Of a DNA stretch of 55,502 nt, positions 8,556 through 18,500 are shown piece after piece (positions within the stretch are counted from its first letter, which is position 1; each line of letters opens with the position of its first letter). The notes beneath the pieces were generated by a model. It saw only the letters and a program-made list of their open reading frames with translations. It had not been told where the DNA came from and searched no databases. The stretch comes from an uncultured Smithella sp. (GTDB taxonomy: Bacteria > Desulfobacterota > Syntrophia > Syntrophales > Smithellaceae). The DNA is taken from NCBI GenBank assembly GCA_964525155.1, contig CAZGDK010000004.1, positions 1 to 55,502 on the forward strand, in the 5' to 3' direction. The translations under genes and the position numbers were made by a program.

Positions 8556-11136
8556 AGGCTAATGCCTCCACGATAATTGTTTTTGCCGCTTTTCTTGCGG
8601 GGATAACGCCGGCCAGCGCGGACATTAGCGCAGCCAGTCCAAGCGCCAGAACTATAGAGCCGGCGGACGGAGAATACTGGGCAGAGCCATAACTCGCCAT
8701 GAAAAACCCCTCCAGATTGACCCATCCGGCAACGAGCCCGGACACCGTTCCCAAAACGCCGCCTGCCAGCCCCATCAGCAGAGATTCCAGCACCACCACT
8801 CCGTATATCTGACGCCTGCGCATCCCAATGGCGCGCAGCGTTCCGATTTCGCGCGTTCTTTCCAGAACCGATGCAAAAAGAGCGACAACAATCCCGAGAC
8901 AGGCAATCGCCAGGGTAATGACGTTCACCACGTAATTGAAAATGAACATTCTGCCCAGCACTTTTCGAATTTCATCTTTGAACTCCCCGACAGGCAATGT
9001 GTACAGTTTGCGGTTGACGCCGAACCTGCGTTGAATTTCATTGCGCACGTCTTCAATTTTTACCCCCGGCTGAACGTGAATTAAAAATGAATCGCACAAC
9101 GTGTCGCCCCAGTGTTGCTGATAGGTTTTCAAGTCCATGCCGATGACGCCGCTGTTGCTGGTATAGTCGACGACAATGCCCGCTACCGTAAACGCCACGG
9201 TTCCCTTGGGCGTTGGAAGCGCCAGACGATCTCCGGGCCGAATCTTGAAAATGGCGGCAAAAGGTTCGCTGACAACAACTTTATTACGATCGGTGAAATA
9301 TTCGGGCCGATAATTGCCCGCGTTTTTGCTCTTAATCTGATCGTTTCCGCGATTGAACCGGGAATAATCAAAGGCGGACAAAAGGACCTTCCGGTCTTGG
9401 TAATTGATCAAAACCCTTCGCCAGGATTCCACGGCGGAAACTCCGGCTACGCCTTTGAGCTTTTGAGACATCTCCACGGGCAGCGCCACACTCTGGTTAT
9501 TGGGACTGGCGGCAGGATGGCCTGAAGAGACGATCATATCCGCCCGGACGATGGAATCCAGCCAGGCGAGCGTCGATGCTTCAACGCTGTTCACATAACC
9601 CGCGCTGGCGACAAACACCGAAATGCCGAAAAACACAGCCGCAACGGCCACGGCATTTCTGCTTAAATTTTTTCGAAGATTGAGCCCCGCAAGCCTTCCC
9701 ACCGCGCCGGAAAACGGCGAATAAAGCCTATTGAAGGCCGTCACGAAACCTTTCAAGAAAATCGGAATGAAAAGCGATATGCCGACGGCGACCATCAGCT
9801 GCGCTGCCAGAAAAATCGTTTTGCTTTTGGTAATCGGAGAATCGCCGATGACGCAGTACATCAAGAAGATCATCCCGGAAAAGGCCAGACATAATATCCC
9901 TGTAATATTCAGGCGTCTTACGGTAAAAAATCTTTCTTGGGTATAAGGAACCGAACGGATCGCCGAAACAGGGGAAATGGATACGGCTGTCTGGGCCGGA
10001 AACAAAGCCGCCAGCAGACTGGCGATCATTCCGCTGGCCAGACCGACTGTGGGATAAATCCAGTCGACATGAATGTCTTCGGCAACGGTGCGCACAAAAG
10101 CCGTCGAGATAATATTACTGAAGACTCCGACCAGACGATCGGCCAGAAAAAGCCCCAAAAAAATCCCGAAAACAGATGCAATGACGGCAATCACCATCGT
10201 TTCCACAACAAACAGCGCCATAATATCTTTCCTGCGGGCTCCAAGCGCACGAAGAATGCCGATTTCCTTTCGCCGGTTCACCACGGAGATGGAAACCGCG
10301 TTATAGATGAGGTACATGCCGACAAAGATCGCCAGGTAACTGATAACATCAAAACCGTTTTGAAATCTGGAAATCATGGCCTCCACCTGCTTTGTTCGAA
10401 CCGCAGGGGTATCAACCCGGTATCCTGCCGGCAGCTGAGCGGCGATGGCCTGCCGTACCTTTTCAGGATGTTCACCCTCTCGCGGACAGACATCGATTCT
10501 ATCGATGCGTCCGACTTTACCGAAAGCCATTTGCGCTGCATAAATATCCATGACAGCGAGATTTCCACCCATGGCCTTTGCCGGCCCTTCGGGATTGAGA
10601 ATTCCCCGGATACGAAACGTTTTGATGCCTTCAACCGTTTGAACGTCAATTTTCTGGTCGATGGTCAATCCTTCACGCAAAGCCATGGCCTTCGTCACCA
10701 GAATGGAATCGGGCTTAGCCAGAAAGAGAAGCGGATCGGGAATATCGGCGCTTTCGCCGGCCAGGCTGTAATCCCGCACCTGCGTATCCACAAGCACATC
10801 CACACCAAGAATCATCACTGATTTTTCTTTGCCGGCGGCCAGCATGCCGTCTGCCTCGATCACCGGAACGGCATACAAGACACCCTCGGCCTGCCGGACC
10901 TTTTCAAGAAGCTCTTCAGGAAAGCCGGATTGCGCACCGGTGATTTGGATGGCGGCCCTGCCCGTGATGCGATTGAACGAGTCCTGAATAGAATAAAGAA
11001 CGCTTTTGTTGACCACTCCGATGCATACGATAGCGGCAACACCCAGACAGATTCCGGCTAAAGCCATTGCGATCTGCGCTTTGCGCAGGCGAAAATGCTT
11101 AAAACTGATGTGCGTCATCAGGTTCCAGAGCGTCAT
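8548..11136 (-). CDS. Duplicated FtsX-domain ABC permease (MacB/LolCE/YbbP-type, about 860 aa).
   Basis: Two FtsX 4-TM modules, each with a large periplasmic loop, and the motif REIGxLRAxG twice (KEIGILRALGA, REIGTLRAIGM). I place the start at ATG 11136, which forms an ATGA overlap with the ATPase stop. The ORF track start at 11160 is an upstream alternative. Confidence 0.85.
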   Translation of the reverse strand: MTLWNLMTHISFKHFRLRKAQIAMALAGICLGVAAIVCIGVVNKSVLYSIQDSFNRITGRAAIQITGAQSGFPEELLEKVRQAEGVLYAVPVIEADGMLAAGKEKSVMILGVDVLVDTQVRDYSLAGESADIPDPLLFLAKPDSILVTKAMALREGLTIDQKIDVQTVEGIKTFRIRGILNPEGPAKAMGGNLAVMDIYAAQMAFGKVGRIDRIDVCPREGEHPEKVRQAIAAQLPAGYRVDTPAVRTKQVEAMISRFQNGFDVISYLAIFVGMYLIYNAVSISVVNRRKEIGILRALGARRKDIMALFVVETMVIAVIASVFGIFLGLFLADRLVGVFSNIISTAFVRTVAEDIHVDWIYPTVGLASGMIASLLAALFPAQTAVSISPVSAIRSVPYTQERFFTVRRLNITGILCLAFSGMIFLMYCVIGDSPITKSKTIFLAAQLMVAVGISLFIPIFLKGFVTAFNRLYSPFSGAVGRLAGLNLRKNLSRNAVAVAAVFFGISVFVASAGYVNSVEASTLAWLDSIVRADMIVSSGHPAASPNNQSVALPVEMSQKLKGVAGVSAVESWRRVLINYQDRKVLLSAFDYSRFNRGNDQIKSKNAGNYRPEYFTDRNKVVVSEPFAAIFKIRPGDRLALPTPKGTVAFTVAGIVVDYTSNSGVIGMDLKTYQQHWGDTLCDSFLIHVQPGVKIEDVRNEIQRRFGVNRKLYTLPVGEFKDEIRKVLGRMFIFNYVVNVITLAIACLGIVVALFASVLERTREIGTLRAIGMRRRQIYGVVVLESLLMGLAGGVLGTVSGLVAGWVNLEGFFMASYGSAQYSPSAGSIVLALGLAALMSALAGVIPARKAAKTIIVEALAYD

Positions 11137-11822
11137 GTAATACTCCCTGAAATGGCACAATCTTCCGTGATGCGTCCGTCATGAAGTCGAATAATTCGAT
11201 TGCCGTGTGAAGCGGCACGGAAATCATGGGTCACCATGACAATGGTCTGCCCCGTTTGATTAAGATTTTTCAGAAGACCCAGAATGTCTTCACTAATGTG
11301 AGAATCAAGATTACCGGTCGGTTCGTCTGCAAGAAGAACGGCAGGATCGGTGATGAGCGCCCTGGCAATCGCCACCCGCTGCATTTCGCCACCCGATAAC
11401 TGCTCGGGACGATGCGAGATGCGCGATTCCAGCCCAACCTTTTTCAGCAGGAAACGGGCCTTCTCTTTAATCCGTGAAAAGGAAACGCCGTCCAAAAGAA
11501 GCGGCAGTCCGACATTTTCTTCAGCGGTCAGAATCGGCAACAAATTGAAAAACTGGAAAACAAATCCGATTCTCCGGCGGCGAAGCATGGTCAGCTCGTC
11601 ATCGGAGATGCCGTGCAGAGGGTTGCCGTCAATATATATTTCACCGGAACCTGGCTGATCGAGTCCGCCGATAAGATTCAAAAGCGTGCTTTTCCCTGAT
11701 CCGCTGGGGCCCATTATGGAAAGAAATTCACCCTTCTCCATTCGGAAAGATACAGTACTGAGCGCGTGAATTTCCTGTTTCCCTTGCAGGTAGGTTTTAT
11801 TCACATTCAAGACTTGAATCAT
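11133..11822 (-). CDS. ABC transporter ATP-binding protein (LolD/MacB-type).
   Basis: Walker A GPSGSGKST. Q-loop. Signature LSGGEMQR. Walker B LLADEPTGNLD. H-loop VTHD. Confidence 0.92.
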   Translation of the reverse strand: MIQVLNVNKTYLQGKQEIHALSTVSFRMEKGEFLSIMGPSGSGKSTLLNLIGGLDQPGSGEIYIDGNPLHGISDDELTMLRRRRIGFVFQFFNLLPILTAEENVGLPLLLDGVSFSRIKEKARFLLKKVGLESRISHRPEQLSGGEMQRVAIARALITDPAVLLADEPTGNLDSHISEDILGLLKNLNQTGQTIVMVTHDFRAASHGNRIIRLHDGRITEDCAISGSIT

Positions 11823-11923
11823 GTGTATTCCTAAATGAGCTAAACGGAGTCAATATTACTTCCACAACTGGATAAAATGGTCACTTCAACTTGATTGACA
11901 GAGCATTTCCTTTTTCGATGGGA

Positions 11924-11952
11924 AATATAAGTAAGTTCTATTTACCTGTCAA
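11924..11952 (-). promoter_or_regulatory. Candidate sigma70 promoter for the ABC/envelope operon.
   Basis: The minus strand reads TTGACA (11952-11947), then 17 nt, then TATATT (11929-11924). This is about 95 nt upstream of the ATPase ATG. Confidence 0.45.
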
Positions 11953-12064
11953 TTATTTTATTAACAACGGTGTAAACATGGTCTTGCATTTTAACGGCAC
12001 GCTTGTTGAATATTACAGAGACTGTGTGGTTGTGAAGTCGAATATCCGTATAAATCCTAGGGGA

Positions 12065-12970
12065 TCAGGTGGAATGACGGCGCCTTCTTGCGTCCAGCCA
12101 GATAAAGTAAAGGATCATGAAGACGCTATAGACCGCCGAAGGCAGCGCCGCTTCGTTCTCAAAAAGCGCAATGGCCAGGCCGCCGGCGATGCCCTGGTTT
12201 TTTAATGTGCCCAGAAGAACAAAGCTGACCATCTCCTTCTTGTCTCTTTTCAGGAGCGCACCGGTTTTTTCGATTACAAAACCGAGAATAAAAGTTGCGG
12301 CAAGCACGACGCAGGCGACAGGCAGGATGGCAAGCGGTTTGGAAAATATCAAATCCCGGTTTACGCCGATTATCGAATACAAAACGATGAAAAACCCCCA
12401 GTCCGTGATAAGACCGCGCACCTTCGCAAGCCGTTCATGCCATTGCATGTAAAGAATCATTCGCGACAAAACCAGGGGCAAAACGATTAGAAGGAGCAGA
12501 ATGCGGATCAGCTTGTACGGATCGGCAAATCCCGTCCCGATGAATATCCAGAACAAAAAAGGCATGATGAGCAATGCCGCGAGATAGGACGCGACAGTGC
12601 CGGAGAGTGTATAAGAAATATTGCCTTCCAGAATGGCCGTAAAAGGAATGACCGCCACGGCGGGTGGAACCGCGGCAATCAGGACAAAGCCGATCCAGAG
12701 ATTGCGATCCGCAATAAGCAAGGCGGCCATTGCCAGAATGACGCCCCCGAGCACGACATACGTCATGAGCATCCCCCATAGCGACGGCACGAAAATGGCG
12801 CGGGGATTCAGAAAATAATCGTTGGGCACATTGACGGTGGCAAGCGTCATGACCAGCGCAAGCGCGGGCACCATCGCCAGTTGGGTCCAACCGGCAGGCC
12901 CCGGCAGAGCAAGCCCGCATAAGACGGCCAGAAGAAAGATCACGTTGCGGTTGTTCAGAAGACGAATCAT
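12065..12970 (-). CDS. Polytopic membrane transporter of about 10 TM (BASS/AEC-like fold, family uncertain). Paralog of 23214-24170.
   Basis: Hydrophobic throughout. Blocks shared with the paralog: IWIGxxLxAAVPxAV, VLPLxxSR, LLGTxKNxGxAG...FxNExALP. Confidence 0.6.
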   Translation of the reverse strand: MIRLLNNRNVIFLLAVLCGLALPGPAGWTQLAMVPALALVMTLATVNVPNDYFLNPRAIFVPSLWGMLMTYVVLGGVILAMAALLIADRNLWIGFVLIAAVPPAVAVIPFTAILEGNISYTLSGTVASYLAALLIMPFLFWIFIGTGFADPYKLIRILLLLIVLPLVLSRMILYMQWHERLAKVRGLITDWGFFIVLYSIIGVNRDLIFSKPLAILPVACVVLAATFILGFVIEKTGALLKRDKKEMVSFVLLGTLKNQGIAGGLAIALFENEAALPSAVYSVFMILYFIWLDARRRRHST

Positions 12971-13060
12971 TGAAGCCCCTCAAGGATTTTTACGGATAAT
13001 TTCAGCAAGCTGTGTTAAGCTTCCCCCCCAAAGCAATCAACCGGGACCGGCGTTAATATC

Positions 13061-14875
13061 ATGGGGTATTTTAAAAGAGAAGCGCTATTTAAAAAAGTCT
13101 TTCGTCTATCCGACTGGGCCAACAAAACCATGTCCGCTCTTTACGCTCTGGCGTTGTTTGCCTTTGCCGTCGCCGCTGTTTTGTTTTTGTGTCTCGTTAT
13201 TTACGACATCGGCTTTCCCTCTTCCGATGCATACAAGCACACGGTTCACAACGCTTATATCCATTTGCTGTCCGTTTTGTTCGCCGGAAAATTTTTGATT
13301 GAATTATTTAAATTCACCCCGGCAAAATGGCATCTCTGCCTGTTCAAATTTCTTCTGCTTCTGCTTATTTTTTTTGTCATCCAGATCCATAATGGCTCCG
13401 TGGAGCCTTCATCAGAGGGCCTTGCCGCCTGGCTGCGCAGCAAATACACCCTGATGATCGCTTCGCTGATTCTGATCATAACGGAAGTGTATCGATTATC
13501 CGAATATCTCAGCTCCATTGATATTTCAGCGCCGCTGCTTTTCGCGGGCAGTTTTCTTTTTATCATTCTCGTCGGCAGCGGCCTGCTGATGCTCCCCAAT
13601 GCCACGACTCAACCCATATCCTATTTGCAGGCGCTCTTTACGGCCACGAGCGCCGTCTGCGTTACGGGGCTTGTGGTTGTGGACACCGCGACGGTATTTA
13701 CGCCGCTTGGAAAAGGAATGATCATGGTTCTCATTCAGATCGGCGGATTGGGCATCATGACCTTTACGGGTTTTTTTACGTATCTTTTTCAGGGCTCCGC
13801 CACTTTGAGAGACCGTTTTTTGCTCAAAGAAATTTTTTCCGGCGAGCAGTTGGGCGGCATGTATAAAATTCTTCTCAAGATTATTCTTATTACCGTAATC
13901 GTGGAAGCCCTGGGCGCCATCCTGATTTACCAGACGCTTGCCGGCCACTGGACAAATAAAATGTGGAATTGTATTTTTCATTCCATTTCCGCATTTTGCA
14001 ACGCGGGGTTTTCTCTTTTCCCGCAGGGATTGTATACGGCTTCTATCCGCGGCAACTATTCGTTCCAGATGATTATCTGCGCCCTGATTATCCTGGGTGG
14101 CATCGGTTTCCCGATTTTGATGACGCTATACACGTTTCTCAAACGACGTCTCCAATCGATGTTCGGCCGAATTTCAGGCGGCAAAAGGGAACAAACGGCG
14201 CTTTCGCTGTCCATCGCCGAACGGCTGGCCCTGTGGACCACGATAACGCTTCTGATCGCCGGCACGCTGCTTTATTATCTTTTCGAAATATCAGGCAGCC
14301 TGGCCAACGAAAATCCCAACGGCCAGCTGATGACCTCGTTTTTCGGCAGTGTCACCGCCCGCACCGCCGGATTCAATGTTGTGGACATAACCCTCTGGAG
14401 CTACCCGACCGTTTTTCTGATTATCTTTCTGATGTGGGTCGGCGCATCGCCCGGCTCAACCGGCGGCGGCATCAAGACCACGTCTCTGGCGCTTGCGCTG
14501 AAAACCGTTTTCAATTTTTGCCGGGGGAAAAAACATCTTGAAATCGGCCATCGTGAAATCGGCGACGCGACATTTATCCGGGTTCTGTCCGTCATCGTCC
14601 TATCCCTGTCTATCATCTTTGCCGCGTTTATGATATTAATGCTGCTCAATCCGGCGGCTGATCCCGTGCATTTGTTGTTTGAATGCGTTTCCGCTTTTTC
14701 CACAACGGGTTTATCGGTGGTCAACACCTCCACGCTTTGCGGCTACAGTCAATTTCTGTTGATTGTCTTGATGTTTGTCGGGCGTATCGGACCGGTCGTT
14801 TTATTGTCCGGCTTGCTTTTAACGAAAAGACAGGAAACCTACCGCCTGCCGGTGGAAGACGTTTCCATTAATTAG
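13061..14875 (+). CDS. trkH: TrkH/KtrB-family K+ transporter membrane subunit with an N-terminal extension.
   Basis: Repeated pore-loop signatures: TSAVCVTGL, GGLGIMT, SAFCNAGFS, TARTAGF, GGIKTTS, STTGLS. Confidence 0.88.
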   Translation: MGYFKREALFKKVFRLSDWANKTMSALYALALFAFAVAAVLFLCLVIYDIGFPSSDAYKHTVHNAYIHLLSVLFAGKFLIELFKFTPAKWHLCLFKFLLLLLIFFVIQIHNGSVEPSSEGLAAWLRSKYTLMIASLILIITEVYRLSEYLSSIDISAPLLFAGSFLFIILVGSGLLMLPNATTQPISYLQALFTATSAVCVTGLVVVDTATVFTPLGKGMIMVLIQIGGLGIMTFTGFFTYLFQGSATLRDRFLLKEIFSGEQLGGMYKILLKIILITVIVEALGAILIYQTLAGHWTNKMWNCIFHSISAFCNAGFSLFPQGLYTASIRGNYSFQMIICALIILGGIGFPILMTLYTFLKRRLQSMFGRISGGKREQTALSLSIAERLALWTTITLLIAGTLLYYLFEISGSLANENPNGQLMTSFFGSVTARTAGFNVVDITLWSYPTVFLIIFLMWVGASPGSTGGGIKTTSLALALKTVFNFCRGKKHLEIGHREIGDATFIRVLSVIVLSLSIIFAAFMILMLLNPAADPVHLLFECVSAFSTTGLSVVNTSTLCGYSQFLLIVLMFVGRIGPVVLLSGLLLTKRQETYRLPVEDVSIN

Positions 14876-14881
14876 GAGCGT

Positions 14882-15562
14882 ATGAGATACACGATTATCG
14901 GATTAGGATATTTTGGCGCTTCTCTGGCGGCCAAACTCACCGCCATGGGGCACGAAGTCATCGGCATCGACCGGCATCCCGAAAGAGCTGAAGAACTTAA
15001 AGACAAAATCACCCGGGTGATGGTGATGGATTCGTCAAAGCCCGCGGCCCTGAACGCTCTGCCGCTTGCCGATTGTGACGCCGTGGTCGTCGCCATCGGC
15101 GAAGATATTGCCGCATCCATCATGACCCTGTCCGTTTTGAAGAAGCTCAACCTCAAACGGCTCATCGGCCGCGCCATCAACCCCATCCACCACAACATTC
15201 TTCAGGAACTGGGCATTGAAGAAATCATTCACCCGGAAGAGGACACGGCCACCGAAGTCGCTTCCATGCTCATGCTCCAAGACACTGTCAACGCCATGAT
15301 CGTTAACGACAGAAACATCATCGCGGAGATCAAAATTCCCGCGGCGTATGCCGGCCATTCGCTGGACACCGCCAATTTGCAGGAACGATTCGGCATTAAA
15401 GCCGTGGCCATTAAAATCGCGCCGCCGGACAAAGGCCTGGGCGCACTTCTGAACAAAGATTTTACTGTCGATCTGGAATGCGACGCCCGACGAATGCTGG
15501 GCGAAAAAGACCGCCTCATCGTGATCGGCGACATCGATAAAATCAAACATTTTCTGGAGTAA
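14882..15562 (+). CDS. trkA: TrkA/KtrA-type K+ uptake regulatory subunit (RCK N and C domains).
   Basis: Rossmann motif IIGLGYFG. RCK_C-like C-terminal half. AGGAGC SD. Starts 7 nt after trkH. Confidence 0.85.
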   Translation: MRYTIIGLGYFGASLAAKLTAMGHEVIGIDRHPERAEELKDKITRVMVMDSSKPAALNALPLADCDAVVVAIGEDIAASIMTLSVLKKLNLKRLIGRAINPIHHNILQELGIEEIIHPEEDTATEVASMLMLQDTVNAMIVNDRNIIAEIKIPAAYAGHSLDTANLQERFGIKAVAIKIAPPDKGLGALLNKDFTVDLECDARRMLGEKDRLIVIGDIDKIKHFLE

Positions 15563-15572
15563 ATCATTTCTT

Positions 15573-18500
15573 ATGCCGCATATAATTGGAATAGACATCG
15601 GATCCGTGGCGCTGTGCGTCGTCGAACTTAACGAAGAAAACGCCGTTATTAATTCTCTGTACCAATTTCACCAGGGAGCCATCGCCGACACGCTGCGGTC
15701 GATGCTCAACACCATTAACATCGCCAACATAGACGGCGTGGCCATGACGGCGTCCGGCCCCGACATCCTGGAAGATGTCGTACGCTATGACACGCAAATC
15801 GCCATGATCGCCGCCGTCAAAAAGTATCACGAAAAAGCCGGCAGCATTTTATTTGTGGGCGGAGAAAATTTCGGCCTGATCACCTTCAACAAGGAAGGCG
15901 ACTATGAACGTTTCCGGTCCAATTCGTCCTGCGCCGCGGGTACGGGAAGCTTTCTGGATCAGCAGGCCAAGCGCCTCAATCTGAAAAGCATCGAGACGCT
16001 GAGCACCGTTGCGTTCTGCAATCAAAGCAACACGCCCAAGATCGCCACGCGCTGCGCCGTTTTTGCCAAAACGGATCTGATTCACGCCCAGCAGGAAGGT
16101 TTTTCCATCGGCCAGATCAGCGACGGACTGTGCGAAGGGCTGGCCAAAAACGTCATCGACACGCTTCTTCCCAATGCAAATATCCACGAACCGCTCATTC
16201 TTGCGGGCGGCGTATCGATGAATGCCGCAGTCGTCAAACACTTCCGCAACCTTCTTCAGACGGAACCGGTCGTAGGAGAGCTCAGCCATCTCTATGGCGC
16301 GATCGGCGCCGCCCTGCTGTATCGTGAAGAAGCTCATCTTTATTCATTTTCCGCCAAATCATGGGATGATTGCTTTATAAAAGAAATCCGGGAAAAAACT
16401 TACGGCTATCCGCCGCTGGAACTTACGCTCTCATCGTATCCGGACTTTTCCTCCCGGACGCATTATCTATTCAAGCCCGGCAACAGCGCCGCCGCCGTGG
16501 AAGTGGACATCTATTCTCCCCTGCGGAAAAAGCAAAACGTTTACCTGGGCATCGACATCGGCTCGACGAGCACCAAGGCAGTGCTGATCGACGGGCAAAA
16601 CGACGTTCTGTACGGTTTTTATACGCAAACCGCGGGCGCGCCGCTTAAAGCTCTACAGGCCGTTTTTGAAGCCATCGAAGACATCGCCCGGAAACACACA
16701 TGCGAGTTTATTTTTGACGGCGTCGGCGCCACCGGATCGGGACGCAAGTTCATCGGCCGCATCATCAACGCTGATTTAATCATCGACGAAATTACCGCCC
16801 ATGCGCGCGCCGCCTATGAACTCGATCAGGATGCGGACACCATCATCGAGATCGGCGGCCAGGACGCCAAATTCACCACGTTGAAAAACGGGATGGTAAC
16901 GTCGTCCGTCATGAATAACGTCTGCGCTGCCGGCACCGGCAGCTTCATTGAAGAACAGGCCGTAAAGCTCGGCGTCTCACTTTCCGACTATGCCGAACGC
17001 GCCATGAACACACCGTCTCCCATTTCCTCAGACCGCTGCACGGTTTTCATGGAGCGCGACATCAACAATTATCTGACGGAAGGCTACTCCGTCGACGAAG
17101 TGCTGGCAAGCGTTCTGCATTCCGTGTGTGAAAACTACCTGGCCAAAGTCGCCGTAGAGGCCAATATCGGACAAAATATCTGTTTCCAGGGCGCCACAGC
17201 CCGCAACCGGGCGCTGGTCGCCGCCTTCGAACATCGCCTGAAAAAACCGATTTTTGTCTCCCGGTTCTGTCATCTGACCGGGGCGCTGGGCAGCGCGCTG
17301 ATTCTGGCGGAAACAGCCGTCAAAGCCTCCGCATTCCGCGGCCTCGCCCTTTACCGCGAAAACATTCCCGTGGAAAACGAAGTCTGCGACCTTTGCCACA
17401 ACAACTGCAAGATCAACAAAGTCACCGTTCAGGGGGAAACGGTGGCCTTCGGATTTCTTTGCGGACGAGACTACGACACAAAGCGCTATGTCCGCACAGC
17501 GCAAAAGCATTATGATCTGATCAAGGAACGAAGCAAAGTCTTCCCGCCGATCAGAAAACCGGACGCTTTAAAAAAACCCGTGCGGATCGGCATTCCCAAC
17601 GCCCTGTATCTGGCCGAAGAAATGCCGCTGTGGAAACACTTTTTCGCCACCCTGGGCGTGGAAACCGTCACATCGGAAGGCGTGAAAAACGCGATCAAAA
17701 CCGGCAAGAAACTTGCGGGCGCCGAGTTTTGCGCACCCATGAACGCCTTTTTCGGCCATGTGCAGCATCTGGCCGACAAGTGCGACTATATTTTTCTACC
17801 CTACTACCTGGAAGCCCCCAAACAAAAAGACGAAGATTACCGCTATTACTGCTATTACACCCAGTTTGCAGCCGCCATTGCGGCGGGCACGAAAAATCTG
17901 CGGCTTACCCGTAAAACGATCATGCCGGTCATCGATCATCACGCCTTTCAGTCGCGCATTGAGCTCTTTTCCATCCTCAAGTCCATCCTCAACGTCGGCT
18001 ACTGGGAAATATACAACGCCTACGAAGCCGCCCTGTCCTATTATGACGAGGGCCGCAACAACCTGATCAACGTTTATCAAAGAGATAAATCCTCCGACGG
18101 TGAAATCAATGTGGCCCTGCTGGGACGGCCTTACGCCATCATGCAGAATTCGATGAACAAGGGCATTCCCGACATTTTCTGCGCACTGGGCGTCAAAACG
18201 TTTTATCAGGACATGCTGCCTGTGGACCGGGAGGATACTTCCGAGATCGCCTTCCTTCTCAAACGCATGCACTGGAATCACGCCGCGCGCATTTTGAAAG
18301 CGGCCCTGCATATCGCCCGGACAAGCGGGCTTTATCCGGTTTATGTCACCTCCTTCAAATGCAGCCCGGATTCCTTTACGCTGGAATATTTCAAGCGCAT
18401 CATGGACAAATACGGAAAACCTTATCTGATTCTGGAGCTCGACGAACACGACTCCAATGTCGGCTATGAAACCCGCATTGAAGCGGCGGTGCGGTCCTTT

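Noticed and set aside
9937-10821. A 294-aa ORF antisense to the FtsX permease gene.
   Set aside because: The product is Arg/His/Asn-rich and non-hydrophobic with no motifs. The opposite frame encodes a coherent duplicated-FtsX protein.
12435-12983. A 182-aa same-strand ORF in an alternative frame of the transporter gene, and the plus-strand ORF 12822-13298.
   Set aside because: The products are Arg/Cys-rich with no features. The 301-aa frame gives regular TM helices and has a paralog elsewhere in the window.
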